A DNA stretch of 64,000 nucleotides from the human T2T-CHM13v2.0 reference genome, Homo sapiens. The stretch lies in the NCBI RefSeq assembly GCF_009914755.1, contig NC_060926.1, one strand, 5' to 3'. Under the pieces are notes generated by a model. That model saw only the letters and a program-made list of their open reading frames with translations. It was not told the origin of the DNA and made no database searches. The translations under genes were made by a program, and so were the position numbers. Shown piece after piece: positions 41,601 through 56,591 of the stretch; positions within the stretch are counted from its first letter, which is position 1; every line of letters begins with the position of its first letter.

Positions 41601-44600
41601 GTCCTTTTAATTTAACTCTCAGGACTCAGAAACTGGATCTTGCATATTCCTATTGGTGTTTAGTACGCTTCAGTAACCCCTACAATATTGGAAATAATGT
41701 GATTAATAGTAATGATCCTGTGTTACTTCTCATGGGAGAGGCTTAATGATATTGCACAGGAAGTTTCATGGTGTTTATGTTAATCTTTTACGGGGGTCCA
41801 CTTTCATCTCCAATTTCTATCAGGAAATGACTCTTCTTGCCAAAACAAGTTTCAAACTTCCCTTCTTTCACATGGGCCCATGAGAACACTTATCATGCCC
41901 AAGACGGCTGAGGCACATGAGGGAACTCAGCTACAACCAGAGAGCATTAAGTTTAGGTCAAAAATATTGCAGTCAAAAGGCCCAGAGGTAGCATCTTACA
42001 GAAGCCAACTAGAGTGAGGCAAAGGTGCTATAGAAATAAATTTATAGTCAGTACTTAAAGCTTTGCTTATGCTCTTGCTCAAAGAATAGAACTATGTCTT
42101 AGTTAGGGCCATGATGAAAGAGGATGGCCCAACAAAGACCATAGAAATTATCATTTCATGTCATATCTTAGGTCCAAGGACAGGCCTAGATGAATCTGAA
42201 GTATTCTCATGGATTTCCTGGTTAAAGGTCTCCATCAACTAACTGGTGATGAGGAACCCACTGTTTATCCTTTACAATCCATCTTATTTCAGCATTCATA
42301 GTACTTATTTTAAAAATGAAAAAATAAGCATTTTCTGCTGACTGGACATCTTCATAAAGCCCAGGTTAAAAAAAAACAAAAAGAAAGAAAAGAAACTCTT
42401 AAAAGTGCTATTATATACAGATAGTACTGTGGGCTCCTGTGTGACTTTTAGGGAATTCAAGATTCTATGTCTCCATAGGCCTAACCAGGTAAAGAAATCC
42501 TCTTATAGAACGATGTCTTTAAAAAGTTGCTTTATTTCTTTACTCCTCATGTGCCATAACTTATCAATGCAATCAATGATTACTCTCCAAATATAAATTA
42601 AAGATGATCATGAGGATCCCACTGTCTTTCTTTTAGAAAGAACTACACAATATGGTAATTAGGAGTGTGGATCCAAGCCATTTGTCTTCATTTCAGTTTC
42701 TCAATTCTCTTTAATGCAACATAACCTTTTATTTGTTTCCTTATTTTTTTATGTGTCAGTGGTTTTTCAAATACTTCTATGTGTGCTACAGAAAATGATA
42801 TTGGTGTCAGGAGCTGCCACTAGTTTATATTATCTAATTTCCTTGCGCTGTCAGTTTCCTTACCTAAAACATAAGATGACTGGATTACATCAGTGGTTTC
42901 TAGTGCCGGACTTCTATGACACCAGTGCAGGAGAGTAGAGGCAACAGTGAAAGGAAAGTGAGGGAATGTCAACGGCAGGGGCCTCAAAGCTGCCTCCTCC
43001 CTGCAGCTTAACTACACAGCTCTCTTTTTATTTTACCCTTTCAGCTGTTTTAGAAACTAGGGCTATGCCTATGACTTCACTTGGAACAACAACAACAAAA
43101 AAGAGGTCCACTTACAAAAATAATTAAAAACCAATAAATTTTTTTCTAAAAAGTCTAAACTTTCCATTTCTAATTAATTGAATTATTAAAAACATTCAAG
43201 ATGTTAATAGCTTAGGCATGACTTTTAGCTACACTAATAAAGGTAAGGCGATTGAGACAGAAGCAAGTAGTCTAATCCCAGATCACATAACAAATGATTG
43301 TATGACCAGAATCCAAACCTCCTAACTTTTAGTGCTTTATTCGCTAGCATCACACAATAGCAAGGCTGTTGCTGTACTACCCACAGCTAAGGCATGCACT
43401 ATTCCTATTAAAGTCTATGTGGCTGCTGCCCCCTGGAGTTGTGCAAAGTGACAGGCCTGCAGAACAATTCAAAATGGAAATAACTCTAAAACAATTATTA
43501 CATGCTACATAGCCTCTTTAGAATTAGTTAACAAAACATCCACATATTTCAACTCCATATTGTAAAAGGGACAGCTTTCCTCTCTTGAAAAGTTTGTATA
43601 AATATAAAGCACTAGTTTAAGTATCAAGTGTGAAAACAAGGAAGTGGCCTTAAATCTTGATTACAGAATTGGAAAATACGGCAATTTATTTAATAAATAT
43701 TTCAGAATAACCAACAACTCAGAAAAAATAAAAGAGACCATAGAACAATTCTGAAAATAATATTTTGGGGAAATTGCCCTCAAATACAAATGCCTTTGAG
43801 TTAATAAGCTCTTTATTTCATTAGACAGGTACTCTTTTGATAGAGACAGTTTGCTAGAAAGTTTACATTATGTTTCTTAATATAGGTATACATGTTTTAG
43901 ATTACATGTGCAATTTAGATTACATCTATAAAAACAATTTAGTGGAATGTATCTCAATATCAAAGACTTTAAAGTTATTTTCATAAAACTGTACAGTGCA
44001 GAAATAGTGCATTATATGCATTTCTCTCCCAGGCAGAGAAGCCAAGTCACAAAGAGATGCAGTGAGTTGCTGAAGGTATTAAGAAACTCGAGAACTGTCT
44101 CTGCAAGGTAGAAATCCTGATTTAAACAATGTGACTATGTCCCATGTCCCATTTAACCACAAAATAGGCAATTAAAGTCTCCCTCAAATTATGTTGAAGA
44201 CATACAGTTTCAGGAAACATTGACCTACAATTTTTTCATAAAAAGGGGTTATTTTTCATTATAAACTGAAAAATCCAGTCAATAGCTGTATTAGAAATCA
44301 TAAAAAGTAAGGTTTTAACTCTGACTGCCAATATTTATAATACTTCAGAAAATGAGTATTAGATAAAACATGTAATTTGGTTCCATATGGTGAAATGTAA
44401 CATAATAGAGCATCTCTAAAATGATATAACCTGGAGAAAAGTTGTTAATATGATTAAATTCTACCCTGCACAGGATACTCAGTAGATCACTGTAAAAGAT
44501 AACAGTGGAATATGCTTGGTGATTAATTTCTGTAGAACAGATGTAGGCTTGAACCTCTAAAAACTAATTTCAGTACAAATATTAGCATCTCAACAAAGCA

Positions 44601-47600
44601 GTATCTCTCAAAACTGGTAAAATTAAACAGAGCAAGTACCAACAAGTTTGTAGGTATCAGAAAATCCGTTTTGATCATTTATTTCATTTATGTTTTAGGC
44701 ACTTACAAACTATACATGGATATCCAACAGTAGCAGAACACTATAATATAAAGCCAAAACTTATGGCTATTTTTAAGAACATGTTAACTTTTCCTAATAA
44801 CCAGCTTGATATAACACAAAAATAATACCGCTTTAAAGCATTGCAATGTTTAAGCCATCCTAATTCAATTTATTGTCTAAAATATGCACTGTGCATAGCC
44901 ATTAATCTCAAGGTGGCTCTAATCAAGCTTCCAAGAGTACTTAGAAAGAGCACAATTCATTGCCTCACTAGCATTTTTTAAATAGCAGTGGTCCACCTTC
45001 CTTCCTTGGTCAAGAGGGGAAAAGAAAGAAAGAAAAAGGGTAAGAGGGACTTCTCTGTGGAAAGGTTTGGCCTTGGAGTCAAGGCTTTTAAGATGTGCCA
45101 GTGATCTTGGATCGATGCCTTTTTATTTTCTTTCAGGAATAAATCTGAGCAATGGAATGGCTTGTGATTGTCTGGCCAACCAGCCATATCAGATTTATCA
45201 GAAAGAATGAAAACTGGCTCAGAGGACTCCTGCAGTGGCTGAGTGGCAGGTTACTGGGAAAGACACAAACAAAAACAATATACTTAGTGGCGGAAGGGAA
45301 AATATATATTAACACATGTAAACTCAATAAATACTAAGATGTAAAGAGAGAATCTATAGTAACAGAAAGGGTGAATGCATAAGACAGATGATAAATAGTA
45401 CTTCTATTTAAAAACCAAAGGGATGAAAGCTCATGAATACTACATATTTGAATCCACTTTGAGGAGGAAATACGATTTTCCATCAAATAAATGCAAACTC
45501 TAAAAATCAGCCAATGCAAACTTACTGTGTTCAGGTTAGAATAAAAAATGCATAAATCTTCCACAAAGTTCATGCTCTGATAAATATTGTAATGTAATTT
45601 CTTAATTAAGACACATTTCCAGTGACTAAATGAAAATATATATATAAAGCAGTAAGTGCCTTGATTTTCAACAAAATTTCACTTTCTATGCATACATGAT
45701 TAAAATAAATAAAAGCAGTTGAGTTTAAGAGCAAAAAAAAGGAATACTGATATAACTGGAGTCATTTCATCACAACAGAACAGTTATAGTATTTCCAAGC
45801 GATTTGCAGTTATACTAACAGATATTTATTTAGACATATTGTGAAGAAAAAAATAACACCTTCTTCTAAAAAGCCCCCTTTTATATATATATATATGAGA
45901 ATTTCAAATTAAAAAGAAAACATTGTACCGATAGATGTGCTTACAGTAAACACTTGTAAGAAAGAGAATTGATGCTTTCTTGAAAATATATTTAACACCT
46001 TTTTCACCACTTAACTTTTATTAACATTTTTCTTCTCAAATGAAAAATAACCCCACGATTTTGGAGATATAATGATGTATCTTAAATATGTACGAAAGCT
46101 ATATGTACTTTTATAGAATGAAAAGCAAGACTGAGTTACCTGCAAAAAAGAAATGGGAACTGAACTTGTTCATCGTTTATCTACTAAGGTATATAAGAGT
46201 ACCACCTCAATGCTACTATACATTTTCTTCAATACCAAGGCAATATTGATAATTTTCCATTATACAAGGAAGACGAATTTTAGAACCATTCCTTTGGTTA
46301 GCAAAGGCTTTATAATTGCCATATAAAGGGACTTTGGCTATATCTAGATATAGCTAAATAAAATGCATAATTGAAAATGAGACAAAGTCCTTTAGAATTT
46401 CTAAAAAACATCCTCTCTAATGCTGAATTTTTTTCCAAGCAAAAGAAAAAAGAGGTTCTCTTCTGTTACAATTAAGAAATATCTTAAAGATCTATACAAC
46501 AGCATCCCCCGCCCTATATTTTTATTCTGTTCACATAGAGCAGTAAATAAGGTGCATTCCTTCTGCTTAAGAAATTAGCATTTCAAAAATATGCCACTTT
46601 CCCCTGAACTCCAAGCGTGTCTAATAATGCGAGAAGCAGATTGTCTTCCCTCGTTTCCTTAATTTGTTTCATCTAAAAGCAATTCACTCAACATCTTGTC
46701 GCCCTCTGGCAGCTTAGTTTACTTATCCGCACTTAATTTCTCATTTGGACCAAAACAAACTCCTCCAAACTGCTACTGACTGCTAACCGCGAGAGGGGAG
46801 ACGCGCAATATGTATTTAGTTGGGAACACACAGCCACACACATACATAGGCACAAACACACACAGCCTCACTCATACCCCAGACAGTAACTTGTTTTTAT
46901 AATAGCACTGCATTAAAACCAGCTGAACTTTCCCTGCCAGGTGCGGCAGGGTGGGGGTGGGGGAGGATGAAAAACGAAGTCCCCCGGGGCATTTACAGTT
47001 TCCAATGGATCACCTTAGTATGCGTGTTGCAATTATACCAGGGATGCACCCGAGAGCTTTTCTTTGTGCGGCCCTTTCATCTGGATCACTTTGTGTTTTG
47101 AACAAGTGAGGCTCGCCTTTGTGCCCCCAGAATTTCAAGTACAGAGTCACACACGGAACAACAATGGCACGCTAATCCTCGCGCTCTAAATGGGCTCACT
47201 TGTGGGTCTGACAATTCGCCCAGGGAAACGAGAAGAGACGAAGCGAGGGCGCGAGCTAGTGTCGCCTGAGACGAGGAAGAGGACAGCTGCAGAACTAATT
47301 TGGATTACATTCCTTGCAGAAATTCTGAAAAGGGCTTTTCGGCATAGCTCAACTCGGAGCCGCACAGTTAATACCAAATTGCTGCGGACTCGGAGCGGGG
47401 TCCCCCAGTGGCAGAGGCTGAACCAGACAGCCCCCAGTAGGTCGCCTCGTAGAAATTCCTCTCGGCTAAGCCTGCATGTCGGTCGCCAATGCCTTTGAAT
47501 GGGTCAATGTGCATAATCAACCCATTGAGGGAAAATATGAAGGGACTCGAAGTGGGGAGGGAGATAAAAAGAGATGTATCTAAGAGGCCGCTTGGAATGT

Positions 47601-47775
47601 CAAGTCCGTGTTGGTGTGATTCCGGAGGTGGCTGGAGCGCGGGACCTGGTATGCGTGAAGAATTTCGGAGTAATTGGGAGGGTGCAAACGGCCAGCACAA
47701 ACGCCTCACATGTGCCATTCGAAGGTCATTTTGAAAGACTCGATAATTGTAACTTGTTATTTACTAGGCAAAGGA

Positions 47776-47796
47776 GGCGGCGGCGGCGGCGGCGGC
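47776..47796 (+). repeat. (GGC)7 trinucleotide repeat flanked by GGA
   Basis: aaggaGGCGGCGGCGGCGGCGGCGGCggag read directly. Confidence 0.95.
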
Positions 47797-48936
47797 GGAG
47801 CGGGAAAACTACAGCTAGCCGTTTTCTTGGTGAGGTCAGAAGGACACCCTCCGGGGGCCTAAAGCGCTCCCTATCGCCACTCCCGGGGGCTTTATCACCT
47901 CAAGCTACTTCCCACGCTCCAGTCACCATCCCTGGATGGTTTCGGAAATCTCTCTGGCTCTCCAAAAGGCACCCCTTGGCCACGTCAAGACACCGGTCCT
48001 CCTCAGACCTCTCCCGTCCCACTTTCATCCCCAGGAAACTCTAGTGTCAGAAACTTTGAGCTCCATTGCACTGCAGGTGCTGTCATTAGTCCTGCAAGCC
48101 GTGGCGGGCCAGCCCCGCCGCGCTGCCTCTCGGGGTCAATTAGCCCTTTGCCTGCCCAGGTACCTGGGGCTCGAGCTCTCCAGCAAGCAGTGGCCGCGCA
48201 CCCATCGCCGCTGCCGCTTTCGCCTCGGGTGGATCCAGTGACCCGCAGGCTCGGCAGCCTGGCCGGGCAGTAAACAGACAAGTTTGAAGGACTCCGGCCA
48301 ATAGCAAGTTGAACTACAGGAAGAACTCTTCCCGGAGCCAAACACGGCAACCGACGGGAAGGCCGGGCTTCTGGCTCAAGTGTGCCAAGCCTTTTTTTTT
48401 TTTTTTAAGAGGTCAGGCAGGCGAGTAAGCGCCCCTCAAGTCAATGGGGAGAGGGCTCCGGGAAGCCGGCGGAAGAGGCCCAGAACTCCGGGCCCCGGAC
48501 CGAGGCGCGCCCGCCTGCTGCACTCCGGCTGCCCGGGCTGGGCGCGAGTTGCGTCTGACGCCACAAGGCTCGGGCGACTGGGGGCGCAGCGGTCGCCAGC
48601 AGCACACACAGGTGCAAAGCCCGATTTTCTGAGCGCCGCTCTCCACCGCCCTTCGGGCTCGGCTCGGGAGAGGCCCAGCCAGCACCGCCCCAGGACCGCG
48701 GCCCCGGCGGTGCGGGTTCTGCCCTCGGGGACCCGACAGGGACAGAAGAGTCTCCTCTGACTGGGGATTTGGGTCTCCCATGTCCCGAACAACAGGCGCC
48801 ACCAGAAGGGATCCCGCTTAGGCTCCCAAACAAAACGCTCGGGAAAGAAAAGCAGGGGGTTAAGGAGAGAAAAGAGGGACTCAGAGTGATTTTTCACGAT
48901 AAATAAAGCAAACGCACACATACAGGGTAAGTTTCA

Positions 48937-49445
<509 letters not shown>

Positions 49446-50000
49446 GCAGCTATTTCCCCGCGTGAGCCTTCGCTTGCTCGCTCCCTCCTCACTTTCTCTC
49501 TCTCTCACTGGTTGGTCAACAATAAAAAAGGAAGGGGGGCGAAAGGTTTCCAAAAAAAGTTGATTGCAAAGAGGCGGTAGGTTTCCGGCCTCTCCCCGCA
49601 GCCGGGCTATGTTCTGCTCCTTCTTCAGTTTCCTTGCACCTCCAGTCCAAATCGGGAGGGGAGCGGGGCGGGGGGAGCTTCTCGCTTCTCCCCGGATCCC
49701 GTCCTTCTTTTTCCTCTCAGCTTTCCTCACACTTGTCCGGCGGCTGCGGTAATTAAAGCTCCGAGCGTCATTTCCAGCGCTCCGCGGTCTCCAGCTGCAG
49801 CCCACAGAGAAATTAATAAGACTCCAGAAAAAAAAAAAAAAAAGGTGCGGGGGGCGGTGGGAATAAAACAACCCTCCACGCAACCAGGCCGGCTCTGCTC
49901 AGCCGCGCAAACCCCGCCCATGCTCTGACCCAACTAGCCACGCCCTTCCCCCCCCCTTCCAAAGGGAAATCTTATTGGCTCAGCCACTCCCCAAAATCCT
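49446..50000 (-). promoter_or_regulatory. TATA-less ERBB4 proximal promoter with GC boxes and a CCAAT box
   Basis: GGGGCGGGG at ~49665-49673, GGGGCGG at ~49851, CCCCGCCC at ~49912; ATTGG (CCAAT on minus) at 49974-49978; A16 tract at 49828-49843. Confidence 0.7.
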
Positions 50001-51574
50001 GGGCCTCCGGAGTTGGGAAAACACCTGTCAGGGAAAGGGAGCCTCTTGGTGGGGGCAGGGGAAGCTGGATTTAAAGGGCTCACCGAAGCCATGCACTGAA
50101 GCACTCGTCTTCCCTCCCTGGCAGAGGCCTGGGACAGCTGGCCTGCTGAGTGGACGGACCATTGGAGGGCCGCTTACGGAAATTTTTTTTTTTTTTAAAC
50201 AAGAAAGTCAGCATTTTCTCCGTTGCCCCACGGTGCTCATCTACAGACAAGACTTTCCCTAGAAATAAAAGTCAATGTTGCTTTCAGCAAAAAGCCTCCG
50301 CCCGCAGTACTCTGCCACTCATGGTCCACAATTAGAAAGTACTTTAAAAGTGTGTACAGCAAGTAACTGGTAGCCCCTGAGGATTAGGTAGTGGTAGGGG
50401 TATAATCACCGCCCCGCCTCCCGCCCCCAGTTATGCCATCTCTCCGATTACTCCCACATTTCTAAACTGACCAACATTGAGCCAAACTAAACTTTCACAT
50501 TTATAAAGGCATATCCTTTGATTTTTAGATTTTATGTTTTTTTTTCACCTTTGGAGTTCATTCTTATTAAGCAGATTCTAGTCCAAAGCCACTGATTTGA
50601 TCTTAAAGGGCTAGAAATTGTCCCCAGCCTGAAAGAATTTAAGGAGGCCACATCAGAACATAATTAACCTTAAATGATTCTGTTTATTCTACAGTAGACC
50701 CAGCTTTAGGCCCCTTCCTTGTCCTCACTCTGCACATTCATGGTCCCTAATCTGGAGGTCATTGCTAGTTACGAAAGTCTCTGACCTTTTCTGAATCTAA
50801 AATATTCTGGGACTGGGTCATTTCAATGTACATATCCCTTGCCTTTTACAGCTCTGAAACCGCACCCTGGCAAGGGCCAGAATCTGCTGGGGGTAGTTAT
50901 TGGTTTGCTATTTGTACAGGCATTCTATGTATGAATCACTTTCCTTTTTTGGTTTTTCTAGAAGCAGCAAATATATAAATAAAAAGTATCAGGGGAGCTT
51001 AAAAATCAAACCACCCTGCCTTTCATTTGAGACCTTGATCTCCATTTCCCACTCTCTTATCTATAGCCCCATCCCTTAAGAATTTCCATGGAGCTGAGAA
51101 CAGATAGGAGGTACAGATGCCTGAAGCCTGAAGCTTTCCCTTTCTTAGACCCACAGCAAATAACAGGCTCCATGAAGACGCCCAACAAGCTGAGCGTGCG
51201 GTTTTACCAGAAGCAGCCTAGGGCAGAGAGGAACTAAGCCTAGAGCAGATGACGGAGACTTGACCAGAATGGTACTGATTGCAGCAAAACTGTGCACACT
51301 GCTCTTTGGGATTATCTTTGTTTTCTTTTCTTTTCTTTTTTTTAATTACTCTTTCTCTCTGTTTTCTCTTCTTTCATTCAATCTCTTCTCATTCCCCTTG
51401 TCTTAAATCCTTTTGAAATTCTCAGGCACCTCTCTTCCATAAAAGCTACTTCTTTTCAAAACTTACTTTCTGTCCCTAGAATGACAATTTAAATGAGAAA
51501 AACATCTTCCTTTTGTAAAAGTTTAAGTCTCTGTAGTAAAAAAAAAAAAAAAGTCTGGTTTCTGATGGCAATTA

Positions 51575-51928
<354 letters not shown>

Positions 51929-54065
51929 AAAGTGAATAAATGAGTTGCATATTTTCGCTTAAATTGTAGGGCAAAAACTTCATGGCCTGAATATTTTGGA
52001 TTTTTTTATAGTTGTGCCAATTATGTTAGTTTTTGTTCCCCTGTCAATTTTATAGCTTTTCTATAACAGAATATCTTCTATATGCCCTGCTCTCACCCAT
52101 ATCTTCTAGAATAATTCTTGACAAAGGAGGATTTTCCATTAATATTCATTGGTTTAAAAAAACACTTAGTATATATTTTTGTGGATATTAAACAGCCCAT
52201 ACAAGGATTCACCTATTACATTACCCAACATACCCACAGTTTCCCTCTAATTCTGTTTGTTCTGCCTTGATCCCCATTTTACTCATTCTAACATTGAAAC
52301 AACAATTTTAGATATGTGGCCACAGATGGGTATCTGAACAGCAGCCTATAAAATGATTTGACATCAAAGCTTTTGCCAAAAAAAGCATGATATATTTGAT
52401 GGTGCCTTGTCTACCCAATCAGATTCCAGCTCAGATAATTTGAAATGTAGACAGGAAGGTAGTACCCTGTATGGGCAAGCCAAAGGATGAGAAAGAAGCC
52501 ATGAGCTCAAGTCAAGAATCAGTTATTTCAGTGTCTACCCTCATTTGCTTCCCATCTCATCTAAGTCATTATAAGAAACAAATACCAGAGTAGGGAATAT
52601 TTACTAGCTGATGTAGAAAGGACATGATACTTGGATTGTTAGAGGCCAAGATGAATCTCTGTATTTCTTTACTTTTCCATATAGCTTGATAATAAATCCC
52701 TATTAGGGGACCTAACTAGAATGTGTTGCTGTTACTCAGAACCTGCATAAAAATTATGTGGGTAACACAATGTGTTACTTAGCAAGCCACGGATGAATAC
52801 CTGGAATTACCTGCTGAGTGCCCATTTTCCAGAAACAGCCCTTTCCTCAGTTCTACATGTTTAACTTGGATCTACCTCCGTGCTACAACAACTCCCACTC
52901 CCTGGCTCTAAGTTGGATCACTCAAAACACCAAGTTGAACCAAGTAAAATGCCTTGCTCACTGTTAATTGGATGGGACTTCCACTGAGTCCTTTATCTGG
53001 CAGTTTTTGTAAATGAAATAAAGAGTTTATATCCAGTCTTTCATGGATAGCTTTTGAGATCTAAAACTCCACATCTAGTTTTTCTTTCCTTCTATATAGG
53101 AATAACCAGGCCGTGGTAAGAATGAAGCTACTGTTTGAAAGAATCAAAATCTCAGATGGATCTGGAGAATATTCAAGCTCTTCCTGTGGGTTAGTTGTTC
53201 ATGTCCCCTTTTGCCTTAAGCTAGTTCAATTTTCATTGTTGTTACCTGAAACTAGAACAGTGTGAAATGGGACTAGAACTTCTCCAACTTGAGAGAGATC
53301 ATAGAGGTCATTATGCCCTTGAGAACAATATCTTGCTATGGCCCATATTCTTTTGTTTTCCTTCCAGATCTCTCACACTTTCCCTTGGTTGAAGCTGTAA
53401 CCCCAATATAGAGATGGCTTTGTCCTGTGATGCTCTTTCATATCCCCTTCTCCTCTTCATTTCTTCCATTATTAACAGAATTCAAGGAGAGTCTTGACAT
53501 AATGAGTGACAGAATGCTGCTGTTTGGAGAAAGGAACACATTGAACTCAGAATTCAGTGTAAAATTATTATACATCCCTGACTTTGTCCCAGAGTCTTAT
53601 AGTTCATTCCAATCTTCAGCTTGTTTCTAAGACTTCCCTAAAGGTCATATTAGAGCTTGCTGCTGTAAATATTTTGCGATCGGCCATAAATATAAATTTG
53701 TGACAAATGTCAAGTAAGAAAAGTAAACAAGACTCTATTACAAACCAGTTATCTTCTCAACATTTAAAAATATATAATTATAATTTCACTTCTTGTGCCT
53801 TATCTTCCTCCTCATCTTTCTAAGTCATCTTGTGATCATGAGCAATTCAATTCATATACTGTGCCCATTTCCTCACCTTTAAAGGAAGGGCTTGTTACAT
53901 CCCAAATCTAATACTTTATGACTCTCTGATTTACTCTTCACCTACTAAGTGCTTGTCAAAATTCCCATATACTTTAATTTTCTCTTACATTCCTTCTTCT
54001 TTACTCCCACTCACCCCCACACACATCTTCATCTGGGACACCAGATGAACACACCTTAAACTATC

Positions 54066-54443
54066 ATTCTTAGCTCAGGCTGCTATATCAAATACCATTG
54101 ACTGGGTGGCTTAAACAGCAAACATTTATTTCTCACAATTCTGGAGGCTGAGAAGTCCAAGATCAAGCTGCTAGCTGATTTGGTTCCTGGAGAGGACCCT
54201 CTTCTCGTTTGCAGATGGGCTCCTTCTTGCTATATCTTCACATGGCAGAGAGAGCCAGAGAGAGAGAGAGAGAATGAGATTCACTCCCCTGTTTCTTCTT
54301 TGTTTAAGATCACTAATCCGATTCGTGAAGGTTCCACCCTCATGATATAATTAGCCAAAACCCTATGTCCAAATACTATCAGATGGAGGATTAGGACTTC
54401 AAGATGTGAATTTGGGGATACACAAATATTCAGTTCATAGCAA
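54066..54443 (-). mobile_element. MLT1A-type MaLR solo LTR
   Basis: cttagctcaggctgctat...ctgggtggcttaaacagcaaacatttatttctcaca.ttctggaggctgagaagtccaagatcaag...attcagttcatagca. Confidence 0.85.
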
Positions 54444-56216
54444 GGCCTTAGGAAAATGTGCAGATAAGCTCACTTCTGTATTACTGAGAATTGATCAACA
54501 ATTGGGCTCTTTACCACTCTTTCAGCCAAGGAGAAACTGGTAAATACCAACCAGGCTCGGCATTATGATAATCAAGCAGATGACAGACACAGTGGTGGTA
54601 GATTTTGCTTGTTATTAATAGTTTGTTGACCTAGCATTTGAAATAACACCTTTCCTCTTAACCCTCTGAGTTCTGGAATTCTCTGATATTTTGGTGACAT
54701 TCAATGTTTCAAGGCCAAAAACAACCACTGAAAAAATTCAAATATGTTTTAAATGCACAAATACAGGTTAACTTAAAAAATCCTTTTGTTGCCTTAATTT
54801 AATATTCAAGGAGGATGTTCCCAAGAGTAAGCGTTGTTTTCCTTCTATGTGCATGATTAAGCTTTAATTTTTTAAGTGCTAAGGAGGAGTGACTGAACAT
54901 AAATCAATCAAATCTGTTTTGCTTTTATGTCCGTTTACCAATGCCTGTCCAAGTTCTTATGGACATTTTTGATTTGTGGTTGAAACTATAAAACAATTTA
55001 AGACCTGTGGAAAGAGTAATGTTTTCCAAAAAGATTATGCAGAAAGATTTTTCTAGTAAAATATTTTTCTATTATGTATCTGTTTTATATATTTTCTTAA
55101 AACCAAGATATTGTGATCCATGTAGCTTTTTGTACTGCTGTGTAAGCTTAAAGAGAAAGAAAACCTCCAATAGCAGTTGCCAATTAAAAACTAGAAAGAA
55201 AAGAGACATTTCTCCTTTTTGCTTTTCTGTATATTTAAAACTAAGTTACACAGGAAGTTACTTACTGAGGCTATGAGAGTTGAGGTTACTTTTTAAGGTC
55301 TGGCCTGAAATCCATAACAAGATAAAGTTTACTAGTTTCTTTCTCAGGTAACATCTTATGTTCCACTTCTTTCCTTTTATATTCTTAACTCTGCAAAGGG
55401 TCTAATCATGTTATAATTAATACATCAATTGATCAAAAGAGTCTAAAATTAAATTTACTATGCACCTTAAAATGGATGTTATTTTGACTAGGGTCAGAAA
55501 GAGCTCTTAGAATTTTTCTTGAACTCCTGCCAAATTGTCAACCAAGGTAATCCTTTAGAAACCATGTATTTTCTTCTCAGGTTCACATAGGAATGGATGA
55601 ATCTTCGAAGTTTCAGAAAAAGGATTCTAAGAGTTCAGAAAGTATCCTAAACTTGTCAAGTCCTTTTCTTTTCACATTTTAATTGTCTCTTTCCTCCTTG
55701 CCTGATCAATTACCTCTTAGTATAATCCAGTTCTCTTTTCTTTGCTGCAGTTCTCCAATTTTGTTGGCATCTACCCTTATCAAGCCTCTCCTTGTCCCTG
55801 AAAAATCTGTCATGAGGCCCAAGACATCTGGAAGATTCTCTTCTTGGTCCTGGCCCCAAGTAAATCACAATTTTCTGCATTCCAGGGTTATACACTTCAG
55901 CGAATATTTCATGTTCTAAAACATTTAATACTGCAATTCACCAGGGGAGAGGGCCCAGAAGAAAAGCTTCCAGAATTATTAAAGCTCACAAAGCAATATA
56001 AGATAATTTTTTAAAGTCAGAAGTTAAACTGATTATGTTTGATAAGAGAGAAAACACTAATAATAAATGATGTGTGGAGGTATTTATGTATTTTCTTCAG
56101 AAGGATAATTATTAATTTATGTTGATAGGCTGATACATGTTTTCCCTTTTGACTTGTCACAAAGGTCCATAGGACTAGAAAAACAAACACTGGTTGGCAT
56201 ATCTTTTCTCTGATGT

Positions 56217-56591
56217 TGTATTAGTCTGTTTTCACACTGCTATAAATAACTGCCCAAGACTGGGTAATTTATAAAGGAAAGAGGTTTAATTGACTCACAG
56301 TTCTACAGGGCTGGGAAGACCTCAGGAAACTTACAATCATGGTGGAAGGGGAAACAAACACGTCCTGCTTCACATGGCAGCAGCAGAGAGAAGTGCAGAG
56401 TGAAGGCAGGGAAAAGCCCCTTATAAAACCATCAGATCTCGTGAGAACTCTCTCACTATCACAAGAACAGCATAGAGGTAACTGTCCCCATGATTCAATT
56501 ACCTCCCACCAGGTCCTCCCATGACAGATGGGGATTGTGGGAACTACAATTCAAGATGAGATTTGGGTGGAGACACAGCTAAACCATATCA
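56217..56591 (-). mobile_element. THE1 (THE1C/D-like) solo LTR
   Basis: tgtattagtctgttttcacactgct...aaaccatatca (TG...CA ends); perfect 5-bp TSD GATGT at 56212-56216 and 56592-56596. Confidence 0.93.
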
